Source: Syntrophales bacterium (lineage in GTDB: Bacteria > Desulfobacterota > Syntrophia > Syntrophales > UBA4778). Taken from it: 64,000 nt of DNA. The notes under the pieces were generated by a model. The model worked only from the letters and a program-made list of their open reading frames with translations, was not told the origin of the DNA and searched no databases. Below, one piece after another: positions 1 to 12,573 of the stretch. The position numbers and the translations under genes are program-made. Each line of letters starts with the position of its first letter. Positions within the stretch are counted from its first letter, which is position 1. The stretch is from positions 496,001-560,000 of the forward strand of contig CAXXQE010000008.1 in assembly GCA_963665615.2 (NCBI GenBank). The letters are read 5' to 3'.

Positions 1-622
1 CCGAGGCCCACCAACCCATTTTTTTGATGGTTCGGGAAACACCAAAGCCAGGGGTTGATGTTGGAACGATCAGTGCGCTGATGCCGGCATTTCCCGCACC
101 GCCCGTTCGCACGGCCGTCACAACGTAATCAGCAAACGTACCGCCGGTGATAAATATTTTGGACCCATTGACAACGTAGGTATCGCCCTTTCGTTCCACG
201 CGTGTCCGGAGGTTTGCAACATCAGAACCGCCATTGGGCTCTGTCACACCCAGAACGGCAACCTGCTCCCCTGATATGACCGGCGGAAGAAATTTCTGCT
301 TCTGCTCTTCTGTCCCAATCGCATAAATAAGGGGCGCGGCAATAAGGCCGCAATTCAAACTCGCAACGACCCCAACGGATCCACAACGCATCATCTCTTC
401 CATATAGACGACCGTGTGAAAAAAATCTCCAGGTGTACCACCATATTCCTCCGGATAGCCCAGGCCGAGAAAACCGGCATCGCCCGCTTTCTTATAGAGT
501 TCTTTGGGGAAGCTCCCTTCTTCTTCCCAATGCTCTACATGTGGAGCAATTTCTTGAGCGATGAACTTTTTTAGACTATCCCTCAACATGTGATGCGACT
601 CATCAAAAAATTCTTGCCTCAT
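1..622 (-). CDS. Acyl-CoA dehydrogenase, N-terminal part (runs off window start)
   Basis: Manual translation from ATG 622: MRQEFFDESHHMLRDSLKKFIAQEIAPHVEHWEEEGSFPKELYKKAGDAGFLGLGYPEEYGG...LGVTEPNGGSDVA...NGSKIFIT; absent from the ORF track because there is no stop in the window. Confidence 0.92.
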   Translation of the reverse strand, partial: MRQEFFDESHHMLRDSLKKFIAQEIAPHVEHWEEEGSFPKELYKKAGDAGFLGLGYPEEYGGTPGDFFHTVVYMEEMMRCGSVGVVASLNCGLIAAPLIYAIGTEEQKQKFLPPVISGEQVAVLGVTEPNGGSDVANLRTRVERKGDTYVVNGSKIFITGGTFADYVVTAVRTGGAGNAGISALIVPTSTPGFGVSRTIKKMGWWAS

Positions 623-940
623 TTCTTTTATGTCCTTTCAAATGATTCGGCGTAGCATGCTACCGTTAGGTGTTATAAAGAATAGCACTTTTGAATTTGT
701 ATTACCAATATCGTCGCTTGGACAATCATTTCTGCCATTGACAAAAAGGGGCATTAGACCGTACCCGGCGGCATCGTCCTATCGTTCAATCACTTCAAAT
801 GGATGTGATACTTCTATCCGACGAAATATGAATTTATCCGGCGGCGGCAGAAGAGGGGGGTGTATTTTTGTTACGGAAGGGTCTTTTTGCGAGTGAGTTG
901 CAGCAAGAACGATCGGATACAAATGGTCTAAAGCAAATTT

Positions 941-978
941 ACAATTGGACGCTCGAGTAACTTCGAGCGTCCAATTGT
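941..978. terminator. Perfect 16-bp stem hairpin downstream of the gyrB-ferredoxin genes
   Basis: ACAATTGGACGCTCGA-gtaact-TCGAGCGTCCAATTGT, about 12 nt after the stop at 990. Confidence 0.7.
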
Positions 979-989
979 TTTTAGAAAAC

Positions 990-1430
990 TCAAGCCACCG
1001 CTTTGACCATGGTGATAGCCTTAATCGGGCAGTTGATTTCGCAAAGCCCGCAGCCGACGCACTTGGCGCGATCGATCTGAACCTCGTATGCGGTATCCGG
1101 CGCGGTAATGGCCCCCGCACGGCAAACATCCGCGCACACCAAACACAATGAGCAATGATCGACAACGGGTTTGGGACGGTCAGCAATCTTGACGCGCGGA
1201 ACCACCACGCCATACTGATCAAGTACGGCGTTCTTCGCGCATGACATGCCGCAGACCGAGCAATTGACGCACTTTTCGGAATCGATGACGTGAAGGGTTT
1301 TGGGTTCTCCCGAAATGGCCTCGACCGGGCAGGCCTTTTTGCAAAGGCCACAGCCGATACAGGCGTCTGTGATCTGATGCGTTGCGCGATGCTCGGTTAA
1401 TGTCTCTGTTGCTTGAATATGTTCTTCCAT
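990..1430 (-). CDS. Polyferredoxin-like protein, four 4Fe-4S motifs
   Basis: CIGCGLCKKACP, CVNCSVCGMSC, CSLCLVCADVC, CVGCGLCEINCP. Confidence 0.88.
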   Translation of the reverse strand: MEEHIQATETLTEHRATHQITDACIGCGLCKKACPVEAISGEPKTLHVIDSEKCVNCSVCGMSCAKNAVLDQYGVVVPRVKIADRPKPVVDHCSLCLVCADVCRAGAITAPDTAYEVQIDRAKCVGCGLCEINCPIKAITMVKAVA

Positions 1431-1471
1431 GACTTCCTACCTAAATTAAATTTGAGTTGTTAGATACCGCG

Positions 1472-3916
<2,445 letters not shown>

Positions 3917-4000
3917 CTAACCTATTGCATTAATGCGATAAATATGATTTTCTCTTGTTTTGCTCGAAACGACACGGTTTAAAGCTCGGCTATCATACAA

Positions 4001-5119
4001 TTACATCTTGAGAGGCATCACGACACAGAGATATCCTCTGCCTTTTCCGGGTCGTACGGTACCGGGTTTCAAGCCGTCTCTAAGTTCCAACGCCACAGTC
4101 TTTTCACTGATTGCCTCCACTGCATCAATCAGATATCTGACATTGTACCCCACCTCAAACTCCCTGCTCTCCACGGGAATATCGATCTCATCACTCGCCT
4201 CGCCAACATCAGGGTTGTTTGAATTCAAATAGATCTTGTTTTCATGAATCTTGATCCGCACGCCACTGTACTTTTCACTGGACATGACCCCCATTCGTCT
4301 CAGGGATCTCATTAGCTGCTCACGATCCAGTTCGATCGTTACCCCCTCTTCCAGAGAAATAACACGCCGGTAATCCGGATACTCCGCATCAATCAGGCTG
4401 ATCTTCAGTATGACGTGACCCTTGCGAAGAATACAAAATCCCTTTTTAATCGCAAGTTCCACCTCGCCCGGATCGCTTTCCAAGATCTTGCGAAGTTCCA
4501 TAATGCCCTTTCGTGGAATAATAACGCCCTTTTCCTGAGGAAGAAAATCCTCAAGAACCGTGTCCACGCTGGACAATGCCAGACGATGACCGTCTGTTGC
4601 TACCATCTTGACCATCAGATGGCCATCCAGTTTTTCCGTCTCAAGTAGCGCGCCATTGAGATTGATCCTGTTTTCCTCTGTTGACATCGCAAAAAACGTC
4701 TTATGGATCATATCCAGGAGAATATCTCCCTTGATCTTGAAAAAAAGAACCTCCTCGTCCTCGAAAATCTTCGGAAACTCTTCTGCAGAAATACCGGGAA
4801 TCTTGAAATGAGTCTTATCGCACGTCAGATTGATCCAGTTTGAATCATTCAGCGCCGCATGGAGATCTTCTCCTTGAAGTTCTCTAAGAATTTCAAATAA
4901 CTTTCTCGCATAGAGGGTAATTTCCCCCGGACGGAGCACCTCAGCCTCATAAGAGGAAATCAAACTGATCTCTCGATTAGTAGCGGCAATAGTAATTCGA
5001 TTTCCGGCTGCCTTCAGAAGAACGTTGTTCAAAATAGGCAGGGTAGATCTCTTTTCGACGATTCCCAATGTCTTTTGAATACCGTCCAGTAAAACGTCTC
5101 TCTTGATTTTGATTTCCAT
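4001..5119 (-). CDS. dnaN: DNA polymerase III beta clamp
   Basis: 372 aa, ATDGHRL, YPDYRRV, VVMPLKM; directly downstream of dnaA. Confidence 0.97.
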   Translation of the reverse strand: MEIKIKRDVLLDGIQKTLGIVEKRSTLPILNNVLLKAAGNRITIAATNREISLISSYEAEVLRPGEITLYARKLFEILRELQGEDLHAALNDSNWINLTCDKTHFKIPGISAEEFPKIFEDEEVLFFKIKGDILLDMIHKTFFAMSTEENRINLNGALLETEKLDGHLMVKMVATDGHRLALSSVDTVLEDFLPQEKGVIIPRKGIMELRKILESDPGEVELAIKKGFCILRKGHVILKISLIDAEYPDYRRVISLEEGVTIELDREQLMRSLRRMGVMSSEKYSGVRIKIHENKIYLNSNNPDVGEASDEIDIPVESREFEVGYNVRYLIDAVEAISEKTVALELRDGLKPGTVRPGKGRGYLCVVMPLKM

Positions 5120-5124
5120 AGTTA

Positions 5125-5245
5125 ATCCTATTCTTTCATAAATTAATAAATTAAGTATTTATAGTAGGACCTGTGGAAACTGTGAATAACCCATTTTTTT
5201 ACGTGAAATTAAAAAGATACTATTATCTGATTTTGTGGATAACTC
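5125..5245. other. oriC: Replication origin oriC (unwinding half): DnaA boxes, AT-rich DUE and DnaA-trio-like tract
   Basis: TGTGGATAA 5234-5242 (perfect box), TGTGAATAA 5181-5189, TGTGGAAAC 5172-5180. The reverse strand reads CCACAGGTCCTACTATAAATACTTAATTTATT, the box + GC spacer + trio layout. Confidence 0.85.
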
Positions 5246-5256
5246 AAGAGCGCCTG

Positions 5257-6606
5257 TTAATGATTTTTAGTTAGGTACTCCTCAACCTCTTCTACAAGCT
5301 TTCGGACTTTTGGATCCGCTTCTATGTTTTTTTTGATCTTATTGAAGGCGTAGATCACAGTGGAATGATCCTTTCCCCCAATTTTGGAACCGATATCAGG
5401 GAAAGATTCACTGGTGAGCTTTCTCGAAAGATACATTGTGATTTGTCTTGGTAACACAAGATTTTTATTCTTTTTTTCAGATTTTATGTCCGAGATTTTA
5501 ATATTGAATTTAGAGGCTACCACTTTAATGATCTCTTCGATTGAAATTTCATGGACATCGCCTTTTTTTAGAATCTTATTGAGAACCTCTTTGACGAGAT
5601 CCATCGTGATTTCTCTTCCCGTTAATGAGGCATAGGCCGCGATGCGGATAATGAATCCCTCAAGTTCGCGGATACTCGATTCGGCCTTTGATGCGATATA
5701 ATAAGCGACATTATTTGGAATGCCGATGTTGCTTTCATGGGCCTTTTTCCCGACGATGGCAATCTTGGTTTCTATTTCCGGGGGTTGTATGTCAGCCACG
5801 AGTCCCCACTCAAAACGCGAGCGGAGTCTGTTTTCAAGATTTGGGATATCTTTCGGCAACTTATCGCTGGCGACCACGATCTGCTTTCCAGCGTCGTGAA
5901 GGGTGTTAAAGGTGTGAAAAAATTCCTCCTGCGTTCTTTCCTTGCCTGCGATGAATTGAATATCATCGATTAGCAGGTAGTCGATATTTCTAAATTTTTC
6001 CCTAAACTTCGGCATCTTGTCGTATCGAATAGAACTGATGAGTTCATTCATGAATTCCTCAGCGGAGACATAGAGAATGTTCTTGTCCGATTTTGCCAGG
6101 GTATGAATTCCTATTGCATTGATAAGATGTGTTTTTCCCAAACCAACCCCGCCATAGATGAACAGGGGGTTATAATTTTTAGCCGGTTGTTCGGCGACCG
6201 CCACACAGGCCGCATGGGCAAACTGGTTGCAGGGTCCAACGACAAAACGCTCAAAGCAGTAGTTTGGATTCAGGGACGCGTTCATACGGGGCACCGACGT
6301 TCGCCTGACATGGTTCACCTTTTTCTCGGACGGGTCTTCCGTGTGATTCCGCGGCACGGCCTGGACTTTCCCATCGACAATAAACTGAACCTTGACGGCG
6401 ATTCCCGTAGCAGTTTTCAGCGATTCCTGAATGATGGGCAGGAAGTTCTCGCTGAGCCAGTCCTTAAAAAACTTGTTTGGAACGACCAGGTTGGCGCTTT
6501 CACCCTCAATAGAGGCGAGCTTCAACGGTTGAATCCAGGTTTCGAAATTCTGCTGACTCACCCGTTCCTGTATGGTCTTCTTGCTTTTTTCCCAAATAAT
6601 TTCCAA
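5257..6606 (-). CDS. dnaA: Chromosomal replication initiator DnaA (TTG start)
   Basis: YNPLFIYGGVGLGKTHL, LIDDIQFIAGKERTQEEFFHTFN, GGKDHSTV. Confidence 0.98.
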   Translation of the reverse strand: MEIIWEKSKKTIQERVSQQNFETWIQPLKLASIEGESANLVVPNKFFKDWLSENFLPIIQESLKTATGIAVKVQFIVDGKVQAVPRNHTEDPSEKKVNHVRRTSVPRMNASLNPNYCFERFVVGPCNQFAHAACVAVAEQPAKNYNPLFIYGGVGLGKTHLINAIGIHTLAKSDKNILYVSAEEFMNELISSIRYDKMPKFREKFRNIDYLLIDDIQFIAGKERTQEEFFHTFNTLHDAGKQIVVASDKLPKDIPNLENRLRSRFEWGLVADIQPPEIETKIAIVGKKAHESNIGIPNNVAYYIASKAESSIRELEGFIIRIAAYASLTGREITMDLVKEVLNKILKKGDVHEISIEEIIKVVASKFNIKISDIKSEKKNKNLVLPRQITMYLSRKLTSESFPDIGSKIGGKDHSTVIYAFNKIKKNIEADPKVRKLVEEVEEYLTKNH

Positions 6607-6628
6607 GGCAAATAACCTATAAACAGAG

Positions 6629-6648
6629 TTATCAACAGATGTTGATAA
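6629..6648. promoter_or_regulatory. Inverted pair of 1-mismatch DnaA boxes upstream of dnaA
   Basis: TTATCAACA 6629-6637 and TGTTGATAA 6640-6648. Confidence 0.7.
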
Positions 6649-6824
6649 ATAGATTCACCGCCTCAATAAGGTGAAACAAGAGACAGTGTTTATCATAACT
6701 TATTAAAATGATTTAGTAATAATTTTAGGGACGAAGCGCTTTGTCAGCGGGCGCCATTCAAGCAATGGCTACCATATTACAAAAGCGACACTGAATCAAA
6801 GGTTGTTTTTCTGCCGTTCGTTTA

Positions 6825-7694
6825 CTAGACAGTGTCGTCCCAGTCCATGATGTCCACAAGCCGGCTGAGGTCGTCGTTCGACATATACCGAATCTCGATC
6901 ACGCCGCCTTTTTTGGCGGGCAGGATCCGCACCTTGGTCATGAGGCGCTTCGAAAGCCTTCCCTCCAGATCTGCAAGGTACCTCTCCGGACGCTCGGCAC
7001 GGTCTTTTTTTAAATCCGGATGCCGGGTCTTTTTTAGATTCTTGATGAAGGATTCTGTTTCGCGAACATTGAGCCCTTTCCTGATGACCTGACGGAAAGC
7101 CGTAAGCTGTTCATCAGAGGGCAGGGATAAGAGCGCTCGTGCATGGCCGGACGACAACTCGTTTTTAGACAGGGCCCTTCGGATCTCGTCGGGCAGTTTC
7201 AAAAGGCGCATGGCGTTGGCAATTGTAGAACGGTCCTTTCCGACACGGGTTGCAATCGCCTCCTGAGATAACTCAAAAACCCCGGCGAGTGTTTCGTAGG
7301 CCTCCGCCTCTTCGATGGGATTCAGTTGGGCCCGCTGAATGTTTTCAATGAGCGAGATCTCTGCAACTTCTATGTCCTTTGCCTCTCGAATCACGATCGG
7401 AACAGATTTTAGCCCCGCCTCCTGAGCGGCCCGCCAGCGGCGTTCCCCGGCAATAATCTCGAAGCCCGGATCGGTTTTCCGGACAATGATCGGCTGAATA
7501 ATGCCGGTCTCCCGGATCGAGGCGACCAGGGATTTCAAATCGTCCGGGTCGAAGGCCTTCCTCGACTGAAAGCGCGTTGGCGTCAGTTCTTCGATGCCGC
7601 ACATCATGTATGACGGCTTGTTGCTGCTGATATCTTCAAGCAAGTCCGGAAACATGGCCCCGAGGCCTTTACCGAGGGATACCTTCGGCGGCAT
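6825..7694 (-). CDS. parB: ParB/Spo0J partition protein
   Basis: LGKGLGAMF, IIAGERRWRAA, ENIQRAQLNPIEEA, HTH. Confidence 0.96.
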   Translation of the reverse strand: MPPKVSLGKGLGAMFPDLLEDISSNKPSYMMCGIEELTPTRFQSRKAFDPDDLKSLVASIRETGIIQPIIVRKTDPGFEIIAGERRWRAAQEAGLKSVPIVIREAKDIEVAEISLIENIQRAQLNPIEEAEAYETLAGVFELSQEAIATRVGKDRSTIANAMRLLKLPDEIRRALSKNELSSGHARALLSLPSDEQLTAFRQVIRKGLNVRETESFIKNLKKTRHPDLKKDRAERPERYLADLEGRLSKRLMTKVRILPAKKGGVIEIRYMSNDDLSRLVDIMDWDDTV

Positions 7695-8465
7695 TTATAC
7701 ACTCCCATTCGATAGAATTTCTTTGGCAAGCTCCAGATAACCCATGGCACCGCGAGACTTGATGTCGTACAGGATGATGGGAAGCCCATGGCTGGGGCTT
7801 TCAGACAATCTGACGTTTCGCTGAATGACGGTTTTAAAAACCCGGTCGCCGAAATGCTTTCTAACATCCTCGGCTACCAAATGGGCCAGCCGGTTTCTCG
7901 AATCGAACATCGTTAACAGAATGCCCATCAGCAAGAGCTCCGGATTGAGTCGCGCCTTGATCATCCGGACAGTGTTCATCAGATGGCCGAGACCCTCCAT
8001 TGCGAAGTACTCGCACTGCAGGGGAACGATCAGTCGGTTCGAGGCGACCAGCGCGTTCATGGTTAAAAGGCCCAACGACGGCGGGCAGTCGATCAGGATG
8101 TACTCGTAGGCGGGGTCTACGTCCGCCAGCAGGTTTTTCAATTTCTTTTCCCTGTCATGCAAAGGAACAAACTCCAGTTCCACACCGACCAGATCCTGGT
8201 CAGACGGAATGACCTGCAGCTTGGAAAGGGGTGTTTTGCAGAGGGTTTCCCTGATAGGGATCTCGCCGACCAGCGCTCGGTAGAGGCTCCGCTGATGGAT
8301 CGTGTCTTTCTGTACCCCCAGGCCGCTGCTTGAATTTCCCTGTGGGTCGCAATCGATCAGCAGGGTTTTCCGTTCGGCCGCCGCGAGGGACGCAGCGAGA
8401 TTAATGGCTGTCGTGGTTTTACCGACACCGCCCTTCTGGTTTGCTATGGAAATGATTTTACGCAT
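7695..8465 (-). CDS. parA: ParA/Soj ATPase (probable start ATG 8465)
   Basis: ANQKGGVGKTTT, DCDPQGN, IDCPPSLG, LQCEYFAMEG. Confidence 0.96.
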   Translation of the reverse strand: MRKIISIANQKGGVGKTTTAINLAASLAAAERKTLLIDCDPQGNSSSGLGVQKDTIHQRSLYRALVGEIPIRETLCKTPLSKLQVIPSDQDLVGVELEFVPLHDREKKLKNLLADVDPAYEYILIDCPPSLGLLTMNALVASNRLIVPLQCEYFAMEGLGHLMNTVRMIKARLNPELLLMGILLTMFDSRNRLAHLVAEDVRKHFGDRVFKTVIQRNVRLSESPSHGLPIILYDIKSRGAMGYLELAKEILSNGSV

Positions 8466-8558
8466 GATTTTCGGCGTGGTGCGGGGAATCAAATTGGGAT
8501 GCACTCTAACACAGTCCCCCTGTTTTTTGAAGGGTTATTTTAGAGGGATGTACATGAC

Positions 8559-9227
8559 TTAACATCTCGTAAATAATATTATTTTTCTCAAATCCCCGAT
8601 GATTGGGAGGCTCAGATCGTACTGCTCGGCGACCTTCAAGTTCACTTTTTCGCAAATGCGCTTCGCCTCAGGCCATTCCTCCTGAAGCCCTTTGCCCTTC
8701 ATGGCAATGAGCACGCCGTCTTTTTTCAGAAAAGGATGACCGATCATGAGAAGGTCCGCAAGTTTGAAGGCGGCCCGCGACGTAACCACATCGAAACCTG
8801 ACGCGAAAGCCGGGTCTGCCGTCAATTCTTCCACTCGTCCCTGAATGATCCGAACAGCTTCCAGGCGGAGTTTCGCCGTCAGTTCCCGCAAAAAGGAGGT
8901 CTTCTTGCGAGAGGCGTCCAGCAGGGTTAAAGCCAAATTCGGCAGGACGATCTTGAGGGGAATCCCTGGAAAACCGCCGCCAGTGCCGATATCCAGCAGG
9001 CTCCCGGACGGATTTGAAATGAAACGCGCCGGCAGCAGTGAATCGATGCAGTGCTTGATCGGCAGGTCCAGGGGGTCATGAATGGACAGGAGGTTCATCT
9101 TGCTGTTCCATAGGAGCAACTCGTTGCGGAAGGTCCGGAAGAGGGCACATTGCCCATCGGTCAAGGTCAGGCCGATCGCCCGTGCCGCGTCTGAGAGGAT
9201 GTCGATGAATTCTTTTTCTGTTTGCAT
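8559..9227 (-). CDS. rsmG: 16S rRNA m7G527 methyltransferase (probable start ATG 9227)
   Basis: WNSKMNL, HCIDSL, LDIGTGGGFPGIPL, DVVTSRA. Confidence 0.94.
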   Translation of the reverse strand: MQTEKEFIDILSDAARAIGLTLTDGQCALFRTFRNELLLWNSKMNLLSIHDPLDLPIKHCIDSLLPARFISNPSGSLLDIGTGGGFPGIPLKIVLPNLALTLLDASRKKTSFLRELTAKLRLEAVRIIQGRVEELTADPAFASGFDVVTSRAAFKLADLLMIGHPFLKKDGVLIAMKGKGLQEEWPEAKRICEKVNLKVAEQYDLSLPIIGDLRKIILFTRC

Positions 9228-9339
9228 GTGCCCTATTGAACGCAGGTGAATCCGATAGCGAGCGTATTGTCTTGCAGCTTGTTGCAGGGTACGCGTGCGA
9301 ATCATGGCAAAACTTTCGTCGGTTTCCCGAAAGGATCGG

Positions 9340-9372
9340 AGACTCTCCGGCGCTTGTGCCGGGAAGTCTTCA
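9340..9372. repeat. Family C 31-bp hairpin repeat, copy 1
   Basis: AGACTCTCCGGCGCTTGTGCCGGGAAGTCTT; homologous to 20339, 56696 and 58573. Confidence 0.65.
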
Positions 9373-9438
9373 ATTTTCGCCCGATTTCTGATAAGTACCG
9401 TTTAGCTTGAAAACCAGAAACTTGAAAGAAGAAAAAGC

Positions 9439-10224
9439 GTGACCACAGACAGTCCCGAAGACAGGATCGCCCGCACAACCCGCGTTGCTCTCGATCAGAT
9501 CACCCTGGTACTGACTCGACCAAAATATCCCGGCAATATCGGCTCCGTGGCCCGCGCCGCCAAGAACATGGGTATTCACCGCATCCGCGTGGTCAAACGC
9601 AGCGACCTCGATCTCAACGAGAGCTATCCGCAGATCTACCAGATGTCGACCCACTTGGCGATTGATGTAGTGGAAAAAATAGAGTTTTTTTCTACGCTGG
9701 AAGAGGCTATCGCCGATGCGAGTTATGTTGTGGGGACGACCGCCCGCTTCGGAACGGCTCGCCGCCCGGTTATCGATCCCGTCGAAATGGCGGAACGGTT
9801 GATCGATGTATCGCGGAACAATCAGGTGGCGATCGTCTTCGGTCCGGAAGATACCGGGCTTTCCACCGAGGAATTGCAGTGCTGTCACGACTTCGTTGCG
9901 ATTCCGACCTCGGATGCCTTCCGGTCTATCAACCTGTCCCATGCCGTGATGATCATCTGCTACGAGCTCTTCAAGGCGTCGCTGCCCGTCCAGGACAAAG
10001 GCTTTACGCCGAAGCTGGCAAGTGCCGGGGAACTGGAGGGGATGTATACACAGCTCCAGGACATGTTCGTCAAAATCGATTTCATCAATCCGGAGAATCC
10101 AGAGTACTGGATGACCAGTGTACGCCGTATGTTATCGAGACTTCGCCTCCAGGCCAAGGAGGTCAAGATGATCCGGGGTATCTGCCGTCAGGTGCTGTGG
10201 TATACGTCCAACAAAAAGACTTGA
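9439..10224 (+). CDS. trmJ: TrmJ/LasT family SPOUT tRNA/rRNA methyltransferase
   Basis: PKYPGNIGSVARAAKNMG, VVGTTAR, FGPEDTGL, SINLSHAV. Confidence 0.9.
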   Translation: MTTDSPEDRIARTTRVALDQITLVLTRPKYPGNIGSVARAAKNMGIHRIRVVKRSDLDLNESYPQIYQMSTHLAIDVVEKIEFFSTLEEAIADASYVVGTTARFGTARRPVIDPVEMAERLIDVSRNNQVAIVFGPEDTGLSTEELQCCHDFVAIPTSDAFRSINLSHAVMIICYELFKASLPVQDKGFTPKLASAGELEGMYTQLQDMFVKIDFINPENPEYWMTSVRRMLSRLRLQAKEVKMIRGICRQVLWYTSNKKT

Positions 10225-10338
10225 CATTCTTTTTTCAGAAACTTATTAGCAGAAGAACATATAGAACCCGCCTCCTTGTTACGGCGGGTTTCTTAATAAA
10301 ATATCATTAAGTGCACGCATGACTCAGGGGGGCATATC

Positions 10339-11496
10339 ATGAACAAAATATTCGGTTTCACCGGCGCCAAGGAGATCATCTTCGGCAAGGGGGCCATTGC
10401 GCAACTTGCCGATACCGTCAAGAAGGTCGGAGGCACCCGGCCGTTGGTCGTCATCGATCGCAATCTCACCAAGACCGTTCTAAAAGACGAGGTGGCGACC
10501 GTCCTGAAGAAGGCCAAGATTTCCTATGCCCTCTTTTCCGAGATTGACGGGGAGCCACCGCTGGAGCTGGCCGACAAGGGCGCAAAGGTCGCTCTGACAG
10601 AAAAGTGCGATTGTGTCATCGGCATCGGTGGCGGCAGCGCCATGGACACGGCCAAGGCGATTGCCGTGGTTGCGGGCAACAAAGGCAAGGCCGTCGACTA
10701 CCTCGGTCTGAACAACGTGCCCGGTCCGGGGCTTCCGAAGATCATGGTTCCTACAACGGCTGGTACCGGCAGTGAAGTGACCTTCACAGCCGTCTTTATC
10801 CGCAAGGACCTGCGCAAGAAAGAGGGGATGAACAGCCCATACCTGTATCCCGAAATCGCGCTGCTGGATCCCGTGCTCACGTTGAGCCTGCCGCCCGAAC
10901 CTACGGCCGCTACGGGGATGGACGCCCTGTGCCACGCCATCGAGTCCTTCACCTCCATTATTGCCAGTCCCATGAGCGAGCTCTTCTCCCTCGAGGCGAT
11001 TCGACTCATTTCCGAGAACCTCCGGACCTGCGTCCACAACGGCGCCGATTTGGAGGCCCGCGAGCAGATGCTGCTGGGCAGCCTCTATGCGGGCATCGGC
11101 CTGGCCAATGCCGGGGTGACCGCAGTACACTCGCTGTCGTATCCGCTGGGCGGCTATTTTGGTGTAGCACACGGGATTGCCAACACCATGCTGCTGCCGG
11201 GGGTGATGGCGTACAACCTGCCGGGCGCCCTCGAGAAATTCGCAATTGTCGCCGACGCGATGGGCGAGACGATTGACGATCTGCCGCTGAGAGATGCCGC
11301 CTATCTGGCGGTCGATGCGGTGGAAATCCTGATGGAGGATTGCGGGATCGTGAAGACCCTGGGAGAATTCGGCGTTACCGAAGAGGAACTCCCCATGTTG
11401 GCTCGAGTCGCGATGACCGTGGCCAGACCCCTGGCGAACAATCCGCGCAAGATGACCGCGAACGATGCCATCGAGATTTACAAGGAAATTCTGTAA
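10339..11496 (+). CDS. Iron-containing alcohol dehydrogenase
   Basis: IGGGSAMDTAK, PTTAGTGSEVT, DALCHAIE, AVHSL, AHG. Confidence 0.93.
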   Translation: MNKIFGFTGAKEIIFGKGAIAQLADTVKKVGGTRPLVVIDRNLTKTVLKDEVATVLKKAKISYALFSEIDGEPPLELADKGAKVALTEKCDCVIGIGGGSAMDTAKAIAVVAGNKGKAVDYLGLNNVPGPGLPKIMVPTTAGTGSEVTFTAVFIRKDLRKKEGMNSPYLYPEIALLDPVLTLSLPPEPTAATGMDALCHAIESFTSIIASPMSELFSLEAIRLISENLRTCVHNGADLEAREQMLLGSLYAGIGLANAGVTAVHSLSYPLGGYFGVAHGIANTMLLPGVMAYNLPGALEKFAIVADAMGETIDDLPLRDAAYLAVDAVEILMEDCGIVKTLGEFGVTEEELPMLARVAMTVARPLANNPRKMTANDAIEIYKEIL

Positions 11497-11553
11497 GCAG
11501 GGCGGACGGAGATAGACGACGCAAACGGGTTTCGAGAAAGCGGGTAAAGGCCT

Positions 11554-12537
11554 ATGATTATTGTCACGGGTGGCGCCGGATTCATCGGCAGTGCGTTTGT
11601 CTGGAAGCTCAATAAAGAGGGTCTGGACGATATCGTCATTGTCGATCATCTGGGAAAAACCGACAAATGGAAAAACCTGGTCGGTCGATTTTATTACGAC
11701 TACATCGACAAGGATGCCTTCTTCGACATGATTCGGGAGGAGAAGGTGCCCTTCGATGTCGAGGCGATCGTGCACATGGGGGCGTGTTCCTCAACGACCG
11801 AGCGTGATGCTGATTACCTCATGAGAAACAACTATCTGTACACCCGGGCGCTCGCGCTTTGGGCCGTGAAGAAGAATATCCGCTTCATTTATGCGAGCAG
11901 CGCAGCGACCTACGGCGACATCGCGAAGGGATTTTCCGACGACGACCAGACGACGCGCGGCTTGCGTCCGATCAACATGTACGGCTATTCCAAGCACCTC
12001 TTCGATCTCTATGTGCTCAAACAGGAGCTGCAGCGCCGCGTCGCCGGCATCAAGTTCTTCAATGTCTTCGGGCCGAACGAATACCACAAGGGCGACATGC
12101 GCAGCATGGTTCACAAGGCATTCGGGCAGATCCGGGACAAGGGGTGCGTGCAGCTCTTCAAGTCGCACCGTCCGGAGTATGGAGACGGCGGCCAGATGCG
12201 CGATTTCATCTACGTCAAGGACTGCGTGGAAGTGCTCTACTGGCTGCTGACGAATCGGCAGGTAAACGGGATATTCAATCTCGGGACGGGCAAGGCGCGT
12301 GCGTGGAACGATCTGATGAAAGCGGTCTTTTCCGCGATGGATGTAAAACCCAGAATCGACTATATCGACATGCCGGTGTCGATCCGCGACCAATACCAGT
12401 ATTTCACCGAGGCCGAGATGGACAAGCTGCGCCGCGCGGGATATAAGGCGGCCTTCACTTCGCTGGAGGATGCTGTTCGGGATTACGTACAGAACTACTT
12501 GCAGCATTCCGAGCATCCTTACCTGTTCTCGTATTAG
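11554..12537 (+). CDS. hldD: ADP-L-glycero-D-manno-heptose 6-epimerase
   Basis: VTGGAGFIGS, HMGACSSTTE, YASSAATYG, YGYSK, YQYFTEA. Confidence 0.95.
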   Translation: MIIVTGGAGFIGSAFVWKLNKEGLDDIVIVDHLGKTDKWKNLVGRFYYDYIDKDAFFDMIREEKVPFDVEAIVHMGACSSTTERDADYLMRNNYLYTRALALWAVKKNIRFIYASSAATYGDIAKGFSDDDQTTRGLRPINMYGYSKHLFDLYVLKQELQRRVAGIKFFNVFGPNEYHKGDMRSMVHKAFGQIRDKGCVQLFKSHRPEYGDGGQMRDFIYVKDCVEVLYWLLTNRQVNGIFNLGTGKARAWNDLMKAVFSAMDVKPRIDYIDMPVSIRDQYQYFTEAEMDKLRRAGYKAAFTSLEDAVRDYVQNYLQHSEHPYLFSY

Positions 12538-12573
12538 CCAGCCCAGAGCTGACGAACTGAAAGCTACTTATTT

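Noticed and set aside
5195..5210. parS-like TTTTTTACGTGAAATT, and CATTTCCCGGGAAACA near 38053
   Set aside because: Each matches only 12 of 16 positions of TGTTTCACGTGAAACA; not supportable.
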